Below are positions 1 to 8,947 of a DNA stretch of 64,000 bases, one piece after another (position 1 is the stretch's first letter; every line of letters starts with the position of its first letter). Source of the DNA: Sedimentisphaerales bacterium (lineage in GTDB: Bacteria; Planctomycetota; Phycisphaerae; Sedimentisphaerales; Anaerobacaceae); NCBI GenBank assembly GCA_040772485.1, contig JAXGYC010000008.1, positions 192,001-256,000 of the forward strand, in the 5' to 3' direction. A model generated the notes under the pieces. It did not search any database and was not told where the DNA came from. It saw only the letters and a program-made list of their open reading frames with translations. The position numbers and the translations under genes were made by a program.

Positions 1-205
1 AAACCTTCTCCGACGCGGTCGTGATGACGCCGAAGGGCTGCGGGTAGATCACCTCATGGCCGCGATAGGCGGACTTGCCGATCTCGCACATGCCGATGCA
101 ACCGTCCACACACGTCACGCACATGCCCGAGGTTGGTGTCACGGAGCCTTCCGTACGGTTCTTCGTAAGCGTGGCGGCGGACGAGTTCACTCTCGAAAGG
201 GACAT
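1..205 (-). CDS. FMN-binding glutamate synthase family protein, N-terminal part (runs off window edge)
   Basis: Not in the ORF track; translated by hand. AGGAGG RBS, ATG at 205, then MSLSRVNSSAATLTKNRTEGSVTPTSGMCVTCVDGCIGMCEIGKSAYRGHEVIYPQPFG. This CxxCxxxCxxxCE..YPQPFG start is typical of stand-alone FMN glutamate-synthase-family proteins. Confidence 0.75.
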   Translation of the reverse strand, partial: MSLSRVNSSAATLTKNRTEGSVTPTSGMCVTCVDGCIGMCEIGKSAYRGHEVIYPQPFGVITTASEKV

Positions 206-226
206 CGCAGGGTACCTCCTTTGTTC

Positions 227-904
227 CTATGGTTTCTTGATCTCGCAGGCGACGCATGGGTCCATGTAACACATCATGTCATCGAACGGGTCCTTCTCCA
301 GGCACGGCGGACTGAGATTGGCGCAGCCGCCGCAGATTGCCTTCTCCGGCTGCGTATAGGTGCACCGCAGCGAGCAGGCGGGACAGACATAGATACAGCC
401 CCCGCATTGCCGGCAGACGTCCGAGGGAATATCGAACGGCGTTCCAATGCTGCGGTTTTGCCCTCTGCCGCGGAAGCCGATAGCCTTCGCCATCATCTGC
501 TCTTCGCACATGTGCACGCACCGGCCGCAGAGAATGCACTCTTCGTACTCCTGTCGAAACCGCTGTTTGGTCACCTCGTACTTCGAGGCAAGGTCCTGGA
601 TGGTCTTCGATTGAGGACAGGACGCCAGCAACAGCTCGAGGATCATCTTGCGCGCCCGAACGACCCGCTTCGACGCCGTGCGCACCTTCAATCCCGGTTC
701 GGCCGGATACGTGCAGGAAGACACGAGCTTGGCGCCGGGGCCTTCGCCGATCTCCACGACGCAAAGCCGACAGGCGCCATAGGGCGTCAGACCCTCCATG
801 TGACAAAGCGTGGGGATGGGAAAACCCAAGAACTTCGCCGCATCGAGGATGGTGGACCCCTTCTCGACGGTGACGTCCAGTCCGTTTATGGTAAGCGTTA
901 TCAT
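227..904 (-). CDS. 2Fe-2S/4Fe-4S protein resembling the N-terminal Fe-S module of NuoG/HydA, with no catalytic domain
   Basis: IPTLC..GACRLCVVE..SSC (2Fe-2S), CILCGRCVHMC and CRQCGGCIYVCP (2x4Fe-4S), plus an extra Cys-rich tail. Start overlaps the stop of the upstream gene. Confidence 0.88.
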   Translation of the reverse strand: MITLTINGLDVTVEKGSTILDAAKFLGFPIPTLCHMEGLTPYGACRLCVVEIGEGPGAKLVSSCTYPAEPGLKVRTASKRVVRARKMILELLLASCPQSKTIQDLASKYEVTKQRFRQEYEECILCGRCVHMCEEQMMAKAIGFRGRGQNRSIGTPFDIPSDVCRQCGGCIYVCPACSLRCTYTQPEKAICGGCANLSPPCLEKDPFDDMMCYMDPCVACEIKKP

Positions 905-3900
905 GCCTGATTTTCTCCGATGGCGGCCGGCTGCGGCGTCTGGGTGAATGCGAGATCACAGCGCAGGCACCGCCGGGCCTCGGCCCGAGCCTGCTCCTCA
1001 GACAGAGACCGTTCGACCTCATTGAAGTTCTTTCTGCGTCCCTTTACCGGCAGCACCGGCGGGACCGCGCGGGCCGCGCTCCCCAGTTCCTCCTCGCTGA
1101 CGACCGCCGGCTCCAGGAACACGGTCGGCAGCTTCGCCCGAGCCGGCTCGGCCAGCGTCTCGCCTCGCAGGTATCGATCGATGATGCGCGCAACCTTCTT
1201 GCCGGCGGCAATCGCGTCGATGACGGTGTTCGGACCGGTTACGAGGTCCCCGCCCGCAAAGACGCCTTTGGTGCTGGTGGCCAGGGTCTTCGGATCGACC
1301 CTGACCCGGCCGGCCTTGTCCGTCTCGATGCCCATCCCGGCCAGGCATTCACTCTGCGGACGCTCGCCGATCGCCACAATCAACGTGTCCAGTTGCAGCG
1401 TGAATTCGGTTCCCGGCACCGGAACGGGCTTGCGCCGCCCGCTTGCATCCAGTTCGCCCAAGCGGTTGCGAACGCACTGAATGCCCACCATGCGTCCTTC
1501 GCGCGAGAAGATCCGCACGGGCGACACGAGCGTCTCCAGCTCCACACCCTCGCGAAGCGCCGCTTCGATTTCCTCCTGCCGGACGTGAATCTTGACCGGA
1601 GACACCAGCGTCTCGATCGTCACGCCCTCTTCCAGGGCAGCCTCGACCTCCTCCTCGTAGGCGGGCATCTCGTCGCGGGTGCGCCGGTACAGGAGCGTCA
1701 CGCCCGTGACGTTCTTCTGCCGCAGCGCCACGCGGGCGGCATCCACCGCGGAATTCCCGCCGCCGACAATCCCGACGTGCCCGTGCGCCAGCTCCTCGCC
1801 TCGGAGGTTGAACGCCTTGAGGAACTGCATGGAGGGATAGACGCCCTCCAGGTCTTCTCCTTCCAACTCCAGGCGCCAGCTTTCGTGCGCCCCCATGGCC
1901 AGGAAGACCGCCTGGAATCCCTCGGCGAACAGCTTCTGGATAGTCGTATCCTTGCCGAGAACGACGCCGTGCCGCACGGCGATGTTCTCATTCATCAGCG
2001 TTTTGATTTCGTCACGGACGATCTGCCTCGGGAGCCGGTAGGCCGGCAGCGAACATGCCAGCATCCCGCCGGACTCCTGCTCCGCCTCGATCACCGTCAC
2101 CTTGTGCCCGAGAAGCGACAGGCCGTGTGCGGCGGCAAGCCCCGCCGGACCGGCGCCGACCACCGCCACCTTCTTCGCCTGGCCGTTCGTGGACCGCACG
2201 TCAGGGCGGTACACAGCAGGGTCAACGCGGTCGGTCACGAACCGCTTCATCGCACGCACCGCAATCGATTCGCCCCCGCTGACGCCCAGGCTGCAGCGAT
2301 GCTCGCACTTGCGGTCGCAGACCCGGGCGCTGACGGCCGGGAACGGATTCGCCTCGCGGATGACCCGGTACGCCTCTTCATACCGCCCCTGTTCGATCAG
2401 CGCCAGGTAACGCCACGGCTCGGTATCCACCGGACAGGCCGCCTGGCAGGGCGCGCCAACCAGGTTCTTGCACACGAACGCGTCGCACCGCTTGTCCTCG
2501 ATGTGCCGGCGGTACTCGTCGCGGAAGTATTTCAAGGTGCTTAGCACCGGGTTCGGCGCGGATTGGCCCAGGGCGCACATCGTCGTGTCTTTCACGACGA
2601 GGGCCAGTTCTTCCAGCAGGTCGAGGTGGCCGGGCGTTGCCTTGCCCTGGGAAATGTCTTCGAGAATCTCGTACATCCGCTGCGTGCCCTTGCGGCAGGT
2701 CAGGCACTTGCCGCAGGACTCGTCCTTGAGGAAGTTCATGAAGTACCGGGCGACGTCCACCATGCAGGTGTTCTCGTCCATGACGATCATGCCGCCGGAA
2801 CCCATGATCGAACCGACCTTGGCCAGGCTGTCGTAGCTGATGGGCAGGTCGAACATCGAGGCCGGGATGCATCCGCCCGAAGGTCCGCCCGTCTGCACCG
2901 CTTTGACCCGCGTCTTGCCGATGGGGCCTCCGCCGATCTCATAGACCACGTCTTTGATCGGCGTGCCCAGGGGAACTTCGACAAGGCCCGTATTGCGGAT
3001 CTTGCCCACCAGAGAGAAGATCTTCGTTCCGGTGTTGCCCTGGACCCCCATCGCCGCAAAGGCCGGAGCGCCCCGGCGCAGAATATACGACACGTTGGCC
3101 AGCGTCTCGACGTTGTTGATGCAGGTCGGGGCGCCGAAGATGCCCTTGGCGATCGGGTACGGCGGTCGCTGTCGCGGCTCGCCCATCCGTCCTTCGATGG
3201 ACTTGATCAGGGCTGTCTCTTCGCCGCAGACGAAGGCGCCGGCGCCGCGCACGATGTCGATGTCGAATCGGAGTCCCGATCCGAGGATGTTGTCACCGAG
3301 CAGGCCCATGTCACGCGCCTGCCGCAGCGCAATCTGCGAATGCTTGATCGCCAGGGGGTACTCGCTGCGAACGTAGATGACCCCGTGCGTGGCGCCGGTG
3401 CCCGCAGCGGCGATGAGCATGCCCTCGATGATCGCGTGGGGATTGCCTTCCAGGATGCTGCGGTCCATGTAGGCGCCGGGGTCGCCTTCGTCGGCGTTGC
3501 AGACGAGGTACTTGCCGTGGGGCCCCGGTTGCTGAGCGAACATCTCCCACTTGCGCCCCGTCGGGAAGCCGCCGCCGCCTCGGCCGCGAAGCTGCGAGGT
3601 CTTGATCTGCTCGACCACCCACCCCGGGTCGTTGCGCCCCAGCGCCTGGACCAGCGCGCCGTAACCGCCGTGCGCGATGTAGTCCTCGATACGCGTGGGG
3701 TCCACGTTCTCGTTTTCTCGAAGGATGCCGCGGACCTGGTTGGCGAAGAAGCCGATATCGTCCTGTCGTTCGACGGGTCTTCCGAACGATTCAACGAGCA
3801 GGAGCTTGCGAACCACCTGTCCTTGCGCCGCCGCCAGGACGATTTGCTCGACGTCTTTGGGATCGACCTTCGGGTAGAATGTCCGCCTCGGCTCCACAAG

Positions 3901-4134
3901 GAGCGACGGCTCCATCTGGCAGAACCCATGGCAGCCGGTGATGCGCAGCCGCACCTTGCCGGTCAGATGATGAGCCAGAATGGCGCGCTGTGCTTCTTGG
4001 ATGAGCCGAGCGGCGCCGCTGGCGATTCCACAGGTGCCCGCGGGCACCACGATCGTCACCGCCTCGCCGTTGCCTTGTTCCTGCAAACGGTTGTGCAAGG
4101 CCTTGAAATCATCGATGGAGCTCAGTTGTTTCAT
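901..4134 (-). CDS. NuoF/HydB-like flavoprotein fused to a GltD/NfnB-like FAD/NAD(P)H oxidoreductase
   Basis: LRGRGGGGFPTG, CNADEGDPGAYMDR, GAGAFVCGEETALI, GGPSGG and ESCGKCLTCRKG..MCALG, followed by PCQAACP..RVCDRKCEHRC, GAGPAG, GGGNSAVD, GVFAGGD and EARRCLRC. Confidence 0.92.
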   Translation of the reverse strand: MKQLSSIDDFKALHNRLQEQGNGEAVTIVVPAGTCGIASGAARLIQEAQRAILAHHLTGKVRLRITGCHGFCQMEPSLLVEPRRTFYPKVDPKDVEQIVLAAAQGQVVRKLLLVESFGRPVERQDDIGFFANQVRGILRENENVDPTRIEDYIAHGGYGALVQALGRNDPGWVVEQIKTSQLRGRGGGGFPTGRKWEMFAQQPGPHGKYLVCNADEGDPGAYMDRSILEGNPHAIIEGMLIAAAGTGATHGVIYVRSEYPLAIKHSQIALRQARDMGLLGDNILGSGLRFDIDIVRGAGAFVCGEETALIKSIEGRMGEPRQRPPYPIAKGIFGAPTCINNVETLANVSYILRRGAPAFAAMGVQGNTGTKIFSLVGKIRNTGLVEVPLGTPIKDVVYEIGGGPIGKTRVKAVQTGGPSGGCIPASMFDLPISYDSLAKVGSIMGSGGMIVMDENTCMVDVARYFMNFLKDESCGKCLTCRKGTQRMYEILEDISQGKATPGHLDLLEELALVVKDTTMCALGQSAPNPVLSTLKYFRDEYRRHIEDKRCDAFVCKNLVGAPCQAACPVDTEPWRYLALIEQGRYEEAYRVIREANPFPAVSARVCDRKCEHRCSLGVSGGESIAVRAMKRFVTDRVDPAVYRPDVRSTNGQAKKVAVVGAGPAGLAAAHGLSLLGHKVTVIEAEQESGGMLACSLPAYRLPRQIVRDEIKTLMNENIAVRHGVVLGKDTTIQKLFAEGFQAVFLAMGAHESWRLELEGEDLEGVYPSMQFLKAFNLRGEELAHGHVGIVGGGNSAVDAARVALRQKNVTGVTLLYRRTRDEMPAYEEEVEAALEEGVTIETLVSPVKIHVRQEEIEAALREGVELETLVSPVRIFSREGRMVGIQCVRNRLGELDASGRRKPVPVPGTEFTLQLDTLIVAIGERPQSECLAGMGIETDKAGRVRVDPKTLATSTKGVFAGGDLVTGPNTVIDAIAAGKKVARIIDRYLRGETLAEPARAKLPTVFLEPAVVSEEELGSAARAVPPVLPVKGRRKNFNEVERSLSEEQARAEARRCLRCDLAFTQTPQPAAIGENQA

Positions 4135-4137
4135 GGA

Positions 4138-5004
4138 TCATTCCTGACTCTGCCGGTCAGCCGCTTCGACCATTGTGGTATCCAGGTCCAGTCTGCGCCC
4201 CCGGCATCCATGACGCGTGCAGACCAGGAGCGTGGCGCCTTCCTTCACCCGCATCCGGGCCATGTTCGCGCCGCATTCCGGACACCTCTGCTCGTCGGTC
4301 AAATCGCGCTGGCACATCGGACAGGCAAGACGAACAACGGAATCCGCGGGGATGGCGCCCTCGCACGACGATCCGTAACGGCCATGGAAGCAGGACAAAT
4401 GGAGAGCGTTCCGGCTTCCGTTCCAGCAGATCGTCAATCGGATGGAGGGGACGCCGTCGAGCGGATGCGCCGGGTCCATAAGGCTCTGCCGGCAATGGGG
4501 GCACTCAATGGTCAATGGAAAGCCGCAGTCCTCTTGTGGCTCGTCCATCCCCTCGCGCGCCTTTCTCAGAATCTCTGCAACTCTGTTCTTTCCCACATTC
4601 GAGTAGTAGCGCCCGTCGACGACAACGATCGGGCCGAGGGCGCAGCCGCCCAGGCAGTTCACGGTCTCCAAAGTGAACTCGTTGTCCGGGGTGGTCTCGC
4701 CCGGTTGGATCCCCAGTTGCCGACAGATTTCGTCGGCGATGCGCGGCGCGCCGCGCACGTGACAGGCGGTGCCGAGACAGACCGAGACGAGGTGCTTTCC
4801 GCGTGGCTTCAGGCTGAAGGCCTTGTAGAAGGTGGCCACGCCGTAGATGTCGGTCAACGAGCCGCCGGTCGCGGCCGCCACCCGGCGCAGCGCCTCCTGC
4901 GACAAATACCCATACTTCGCCTGGACCTCGCTGAGAATGGACAGCATGCCTCCCAGCGAACCATGACGCTGTGCGACGATCTCCTCAACTACGTGGTCAT
5001 CCAT
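4138..5004 (-). CDS. NuoE/HydC-like thioredoxin-fold 2Fe-2S subunit with a C-terminal Cys-rich extension
   Basis: YGVATFY, VCLGTACHVRG and NCLGGCALGP; C-terminal CPHC, CPMC, CPEC and CTRHGC. Confidence 0.9.
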   Translation of the reverse strand: MDDHVVEEIVAQRHGSLGGMLSILSEVQAKYGYLSQEALRRVAAATGGSLTDIYGVATFYKAFSLKPRGKHLVSVCLGTACHVRGAPRIADEICRQLGIQPGETTPDNEFTLETVNCLGGCALGPIVVVDGRYYSNVGKNRVAEILRKAREGMDEPQEDCGFPLTIECPHCRQSLMDPAHPLDGVPSIRLTICWNGSRNALHLSCFHGRYGSSCEGAIPADSVVRLACPMCQRDLTDEQRCPECGANMARMRVKEGATLLVCTRHGCRGRRLDLDTTMVEAADRQSQE

Positions 5005-5055
5005 CGGGACCTCTTGTCAGTGGGGAATGTCGATCCCTGCGACGGGGACATGCCT

Positions 5056-5331
5056 CTAACGGTACTCCTCGCAGTGCCACACGCCGCCGGGCGAACCCTG
5101 CAACGTGCAGGTGTCACGATTCGCGCAATCGCAGCAAAGTCCCATCGCCACATCGAGGGCGGTTTCTTCCTCCTCTGCGACGGGAGCCGCCGGCCTGGAC
5201 ACCTCCAACGGCGTTGAGTCGTCGAACTCCTCACACATCAAGACGGGGAATTTGATGTTCTTGCGTCGGGTGCATACGGGATTGCTGTTGCACGTCAGGC
5301 AAAGGCCCAGAGATCGTTCTCTCAACGCCAT
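5056..5331 (-). CDS. Small Cys-rich protein with two CxxC-x5-C...CEE[FY] repeats
   Basis: GGGAGG RBS before ATG at 5331, preferred to the track start at 5373. First gene downstream of the sigma-54 promoter. Confidence 0.7.
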   Translation of the reverse strand: MALRERSLGLCLTCNSNPVCTRRKNIKFPVLMCEEFDDSTPLEVSRPAAPVAEEEETALDVAMGLCCDCANRDTCTLQGSPGGVWHCEEYR

Positions 5332-5389
5332 CGCGGCAACCTCCCTTTCTTCGTGCACAGTGGTTTCTGACACGGATCACTACTTGCCC

Positions 5390-5405
5390 TGCAATGGCCG
5401 TGCCA
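5390..5405 (-). promoter_or_regulatory. Sigma-54 (-24/-12) promoter
   Basis: Minus strand reads TGGCACGGCCATTGCA, matching the TGGCACG-N4-TTGCW consensus. It lies upstream of the redox operon and next to a sigma-54 activator gene. Confidence 0.85.
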
Positions 5406-5542
5406 CCCCCGGCAGGATTCGACTTCACGACGGACCAATGCGCCGTAAATACCAGTTGTACATGGTCTTACGAATTATGAAAAAGACACTCTCGCGTGTC
5501 GAAGACACCACCCCGAGTGCATCGGCTGGGCATGATGATGGC

Positions 5543-5577
5543 GGGGAGAATTGGACCACCGGGGAGATTCTCCCCAC
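5543..5577. promoter_or_regulatory. Candidate enhancer (UAS) for the NtrC-family activator
   Basis: Tandem related boxes GGGGAGAATTGGACCAC and GGGGAGATTCTCCCCAC (the second nearly palindromic), ~140-170 bp upstream of the -24 element. Confidence 0.55.
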
Positions 5578-5640
5578 TCCAGGGACGTTCCTCGTATGGT
5601 CGCCCTTGTGGCTGCCGGGAAAGGCGAAGGGACATGCCCC

Positions 5641-6990
5641 CTACAGGTCCAGACGGTGTTGCGCGATCTTGTTCCGCAGAGTCTTGCGATCGATTCCGAG
5701 GATCTGGGCCGCTCGCGTCTTGTTGCCGCCGGTGTTGGCCAGGACGTTGCGAATGTGGTCCGCCTCCACTTCCGCCAGGGTCCGGTTCACGCCGGTGGCG
5801 CGCAGCGCGGAGAATCGCGCCGACGATGGCAGGTCCGGGACTTCGATGATCTGGTCGTCGTTCATGACCACAATCCGCTGAATCACGTTCTCCAGCTCCC
5901 TCGCGTTGCCCGGCCAGGCGTAGTTCTGGAGTGCATCTATCGCCTTTTCGGAGAACAACGGGACCGTCTTGCCCAGCTCCGAGGCGAACTTCTCTGCGAA
6001 GTGCCGCACCAGCAGCGGAATGTCACCGGCTCTGGCACGCAAGGGTGGAACCTCGATCGCGACGACATTGATTCGATAGTACAGTTCTTCCCGAAACATC
6101 CGGCCCTGAATGAGGCCCGGCAAATTCTTGTTCGTCGCGGCGACGATCCTGACGTCCACCTTCTTCCCGCGCGAATCGCCCACCATGCGAACCTCCTTGT
6201 CCTGAAGCACGCGCAGGAGTTTCACCTGCATGGCGACGCTCGTCTCGCCGATCTCGTCGAGAAAGATGGTCCCGCCGTCGGCGGTCTGGAAGAACCCGGC
6301 GCGCGACTCATGGGCGCCGGTGAACGCTCCTTTGACGTAGCCGAACAGCTCGCTTTCCAGCAGGCTCTCAGGAATACCGCCGCAGTTGACCGGCACAAAC
6401 GGGGCAGAGGCCCGGGCGCTGCTGTAGTGAATCGCGCGTGCGACCAGCTCCTTGCCGCTGCCGCTTTCGCCGGTGATCAGAACGGTGGCGGAGGTCGACG
6501 ATGCCTTGCGAATCGCGGCAAAAACCTTCTGCATGGGCGGGGATTCGCCGATGAGACCATAGGCGCGCTCCGGCCTCTGCGCCGGCCGGATCGCCGCTGC
6601 ACGCCGCTGCTTGAGCTTCTCCAACACCCGGCGGACCGCGGCCAGAAGCTCGGCATCGGTAAACGGTTTGGATACGTACTCCTCCGCTCCGCTCTTGACC
6701 GCCTCCACCGCGCTCTCTACGGTCGCATACCCGGTGATCATCATCACCGCGATGTTCTTGTAGTTCTCCCGGATGTGCCGGATCAGATCGATGCCGCTGA
6801 GCTTGGGCATCTTCAGGTCGGTGATCACCAGGTCGACGCGTGTCCCCTCCAGAAGGCGGAGGGCATCGACAGCGTTGGGAGCCGCATAGGTCGTGTACCC
6901 TTCAGCCGTGAGATTCCTCTGGAGAACCTCCAGCGTGCTGGGCGTGTCGTCAACGACGAGAATTGTCTCTCTCCTGTCGGGTGAATTCAT
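5641..6990 (-). CDS. Sigma-54-dependent response regulator (NtrC family: REC-AAA+-HTH)
   Basis: ILVVDD and DLKMP receiver; GESGSGKE Walker [32 protein letters not shown]; Fis-type HTH. Confidence 0.96.
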   Translation of the reverse strand: MNSPDRRETILVVDDTPSTLEVLQRNLTAEGYTTYAAPNAVDALRLLEGTRVDLVITDLKMPKLSGIDLIRHIRENYKNIAVMMITGYATVESAVEAVKSGAEEYVSKPFTDAELLAAVRRVLEKLKQRRAAAIRPAQRPERAYGLIGESPPMQKVFAAIRKASSTSATVLITGESGSGKELVARAIHYSSARASAPFVPVNCGGIPESLLESELFGYVKGAFTGAHESRAGFFQTADGGTIFLDEIGETSVAMQVKLLRVLQDKEVRMVGDSRGKKVDVRIVAATNKNLPGLIQGRMFREELYYRINVVAIEVPPLRARAGDIPLLVRHFAEKFASELGKTVPLFSEKAIDALQNYAWPGNARELENVIQRIVVMNDDQIIEVPDLPSSARFSALRATGVNRTLAEVEADHIRNVLANTGGNKTRAAQILGIDRKTLRNKIAQHRLDL

Positions 6991-8159
6991 GATTGCGGCT
7001 GGTCCTCTCGGTATGGGGCAGAGTCAATGGGCAGTCGAACCGTGAATGTGGTTCCCTTCCCCGGCGCGCTGGCGACCTCAATCGTCCCCCCGTGCGATGT
7101 GACGATCCCGTGGACTACGGGCAGTCCCAGACCGGTCCCCTGGTTCACCTCCTTCGTCGTGAAGAAGGGCACAAACAGGCGGCTCTGGACTTCTTCGCTC
7201 ATTCCCACTCCCGTGTCTTCGACGGTGCAGACGACGTGTCCGTCTTCCAGATGAGTCCGGACGATGAGCCTCCCCCCCTCCGGCATGGCCTGAACGGCGT
7301 TCACCACCAAGTTGACCAGCACCTGCGTCAACTGGCCCGCGTCGGCGGCCAGAACGGGCAACTCGGGCCCGAGCACGCAGGCCAGTTCGATCCCTTCCTT
7401 CTCGAGGTGGTGCTTGAAAAGGTCGATGGCGTCCACGACAACCCGGTTGAGATTCACGGGCCCCTTGAACGTGGGCGTCTGTCGTGCAAACAGCAGGAGC
7501 TTCTTGATGATCTCGCGAGCGTGGAGTGAAGCGGTCACGATCTTCTCGACGTCCTCCTTGCCGTTCTCGGGCAGTGCGGCATCGCGCTTGAGCAATTGCG
7601 CGAAGCCGAGGATGCTGCTGAGCGGCTCATTCAGCTCATGAGCAACGCCAGCCGCCAGTTGTCCGATCGTCGCGAGGCGGTCCGCGTGCATGAGCTGTTT
7701 CTGCAACCGGGCCCTCTCCTCTTCGGCCTGCTGGTGCTCCACAACCACGGCAATCTGCGTGGCGATCGCGTCCAACAGGTTCCGCTCGTCTTCCAGGAAG
7801 GGTTCCTCGTCCAGGAATGGTCTCTCCTCGGTATAGACCACTTCAACCATGCCGCGGCGTTTGCCTCCGACGACCACATCGGACGCCTGCCGCCGGGCAG
7901 CTTCCCTGAAACCGGCCGTCTGGTAGTGCTTTCCATCCAGAGTGATGCGCGCCGATGCGATTTCCGGGTACTGCCATGCCGGTGGTATCAGCTCAACAAT
8001 ACCCTGAAACACCTCGTCGGGTGACCCAATGGACCTCGCAGACACCCGACTGATTCGGTACAGGCAGCTCAGTTCCTTCACGCGTTCACAGAGCGCCCGA
8101 GCCGTCCTGTCACCGGCCGGCGCCGCCACCTGAGCCTTGCGCGCTCTTGGTTTGCCCAT
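6987..8159 (-). CDS. Cytoplasmic sensor histidine kinase with an N-terminal GAF-like domain
   Basis: AHELNEPL H-box, NLVVNA, DTGVGM, PFFTTK and GTGLGL. No TM segment. Likely start is MGKPR at 8159. Overlaps the regulator start. Confidence 0.92.
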   Translation of the reverse strand: MGKPRARKAQVAAPAGDRTARALCERVKELSCLYRISRVSARSIGSPDEVFQGIVELIPPAWQYPEIASARITLDGKHYQTAGFREAARRQASDVVVGGKRRGMVEVVYTEERPFLDEEPFLEDERNLLDAIATQIAVVVEHQQAEEERARLQKQLMHADRLATIGQLAAGVAHELNEPLSSILGFAQLLKRDAALPENGKEDVEKIVTASLHAREIIKKLLLFARQTPTFKGPVNLNRVVVDAIDLFKHHLEKEGIELACVLGPELPVLAADAGQLTQVLVNLVVNAVQAMPEGGRLIVRTHLEDGHVVCTVEDTGVGMSEEVQSRLFVPFFTTKEVNQGTGLGLPVVHGIVTSHGGTIEVASAPGKGTTFTVRLPIDSAPYREDQPQS

Positions 8160-8503
8160 CGGAGAACACCCCGTCCACGCAATCCGCGTACGGTATCCCA
8201 GCAATGCGTTTCGTACGATCCTGTCCCTTTTCCGGATACTCCTTCCGGCTATCCGCAATCTTTCCATCGTAGTAGAAATTGTCGGGAGCGGCAAGCCTTA
8301 GCCGGATGTGATTGCCCGCCAGGATACAGGGTTCGCGAGCACTCTCCTCGCACTGGCGCAAGCGAGGCCACCAGGATCGGACCTGTCGGCGACAATCTGG
8401 TCTGCGGAATTCGCCCCGGAATGTAACTCGCCCGGCTGCTTCGCAACAGGAAACTCGGTTGGATCACGTGCCACCCCCCCCCTGCAACACCGCGGACCCA
8501 AAT

Positions 8504-8532
8504 GGAAAAGAAGACAGGCGTAAGTGCCTGTC
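8504..8532 (-). terminator. Rho-independent terminator-like hairpin downstream of the displaced tRNA fragment
   Basis: GACAGGC-N6-GCCTGTC stem followed by TTCTTTT on the minus strand. Resembles the hairpin at 55393-55416. Confidence 0.55.
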
Positions 8533-8548
8533 CTTAAAGGTGTTGCCT

Positions 8549-8595
8549 CAATAGGGGAGGATTCGAACCTCCGGCCTCCGGGTTATGGGCCCGAC
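8549..8595 (-). repeat. Displaced 3' half of tRNA-fMet (att site, distal island boundary)
   Basis: Direct repeat of 55430-55480 with one substitution (8574) and a 4-nt deletion in the acceptor-stem part. Confidence 0.88.
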
Positions 8596-8947
8596 AGCCC
8601 AGGTTTCTGTAACGTTATTCAAATCAACGCTTTACGCTTCTCTCTGCCGCGCAAGGAGTCAACGAAATCGTCATGTCGACCATGGTGATCATGATGATCA
8701 CCGATTTTGCTACAGTCGGGCACGTATGCAAGCGAAGAACGCTGGCCGCCTCACAAGGCAGGCAGGGAACATGCTCAAGTGGCTGGTTCTACCCGATCCT
8801 TGACATGAGCTAGTTCCGCAAAACAAGGAGGCCAGCAAGGCCCCCCTGCCGCCTGATTTCTGACCCCGAATCAGACGCCATCTCTCTGGAGTGCCTCGCT
8901 TGGGGCCCGGATGATCATTTGCACCGTACGGGATGAGTCTATGTACC

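Noticed and set aside
227..5004. Calling this respiratory complex I (nuoEFG) or an [FeFe]-hydrogenase
   Set aside because: No membrane Nuo subunits, and no H-cluster or molybdopterin domain in the 225-aa subunit.
2563..5217. 884-aa plus-strand ORF, and similar long ORFs at 16542-19301, 31794-34166, 50198-51916 and 61235-62887
   Set aside because: Antisense shadows of well-supported genes in GC-rich DNA; no family motifs.
8456..8473. Minus-strand TGGCACG as a second sigma-54 promoter
   Set aside because: No TTGC -12 element at the required spacing.
8549..8595. A second functional tRNA
   Set aside because: Only the 3' half is present, with no D-arm or 5' acceptor strand, and it carries a deletion.
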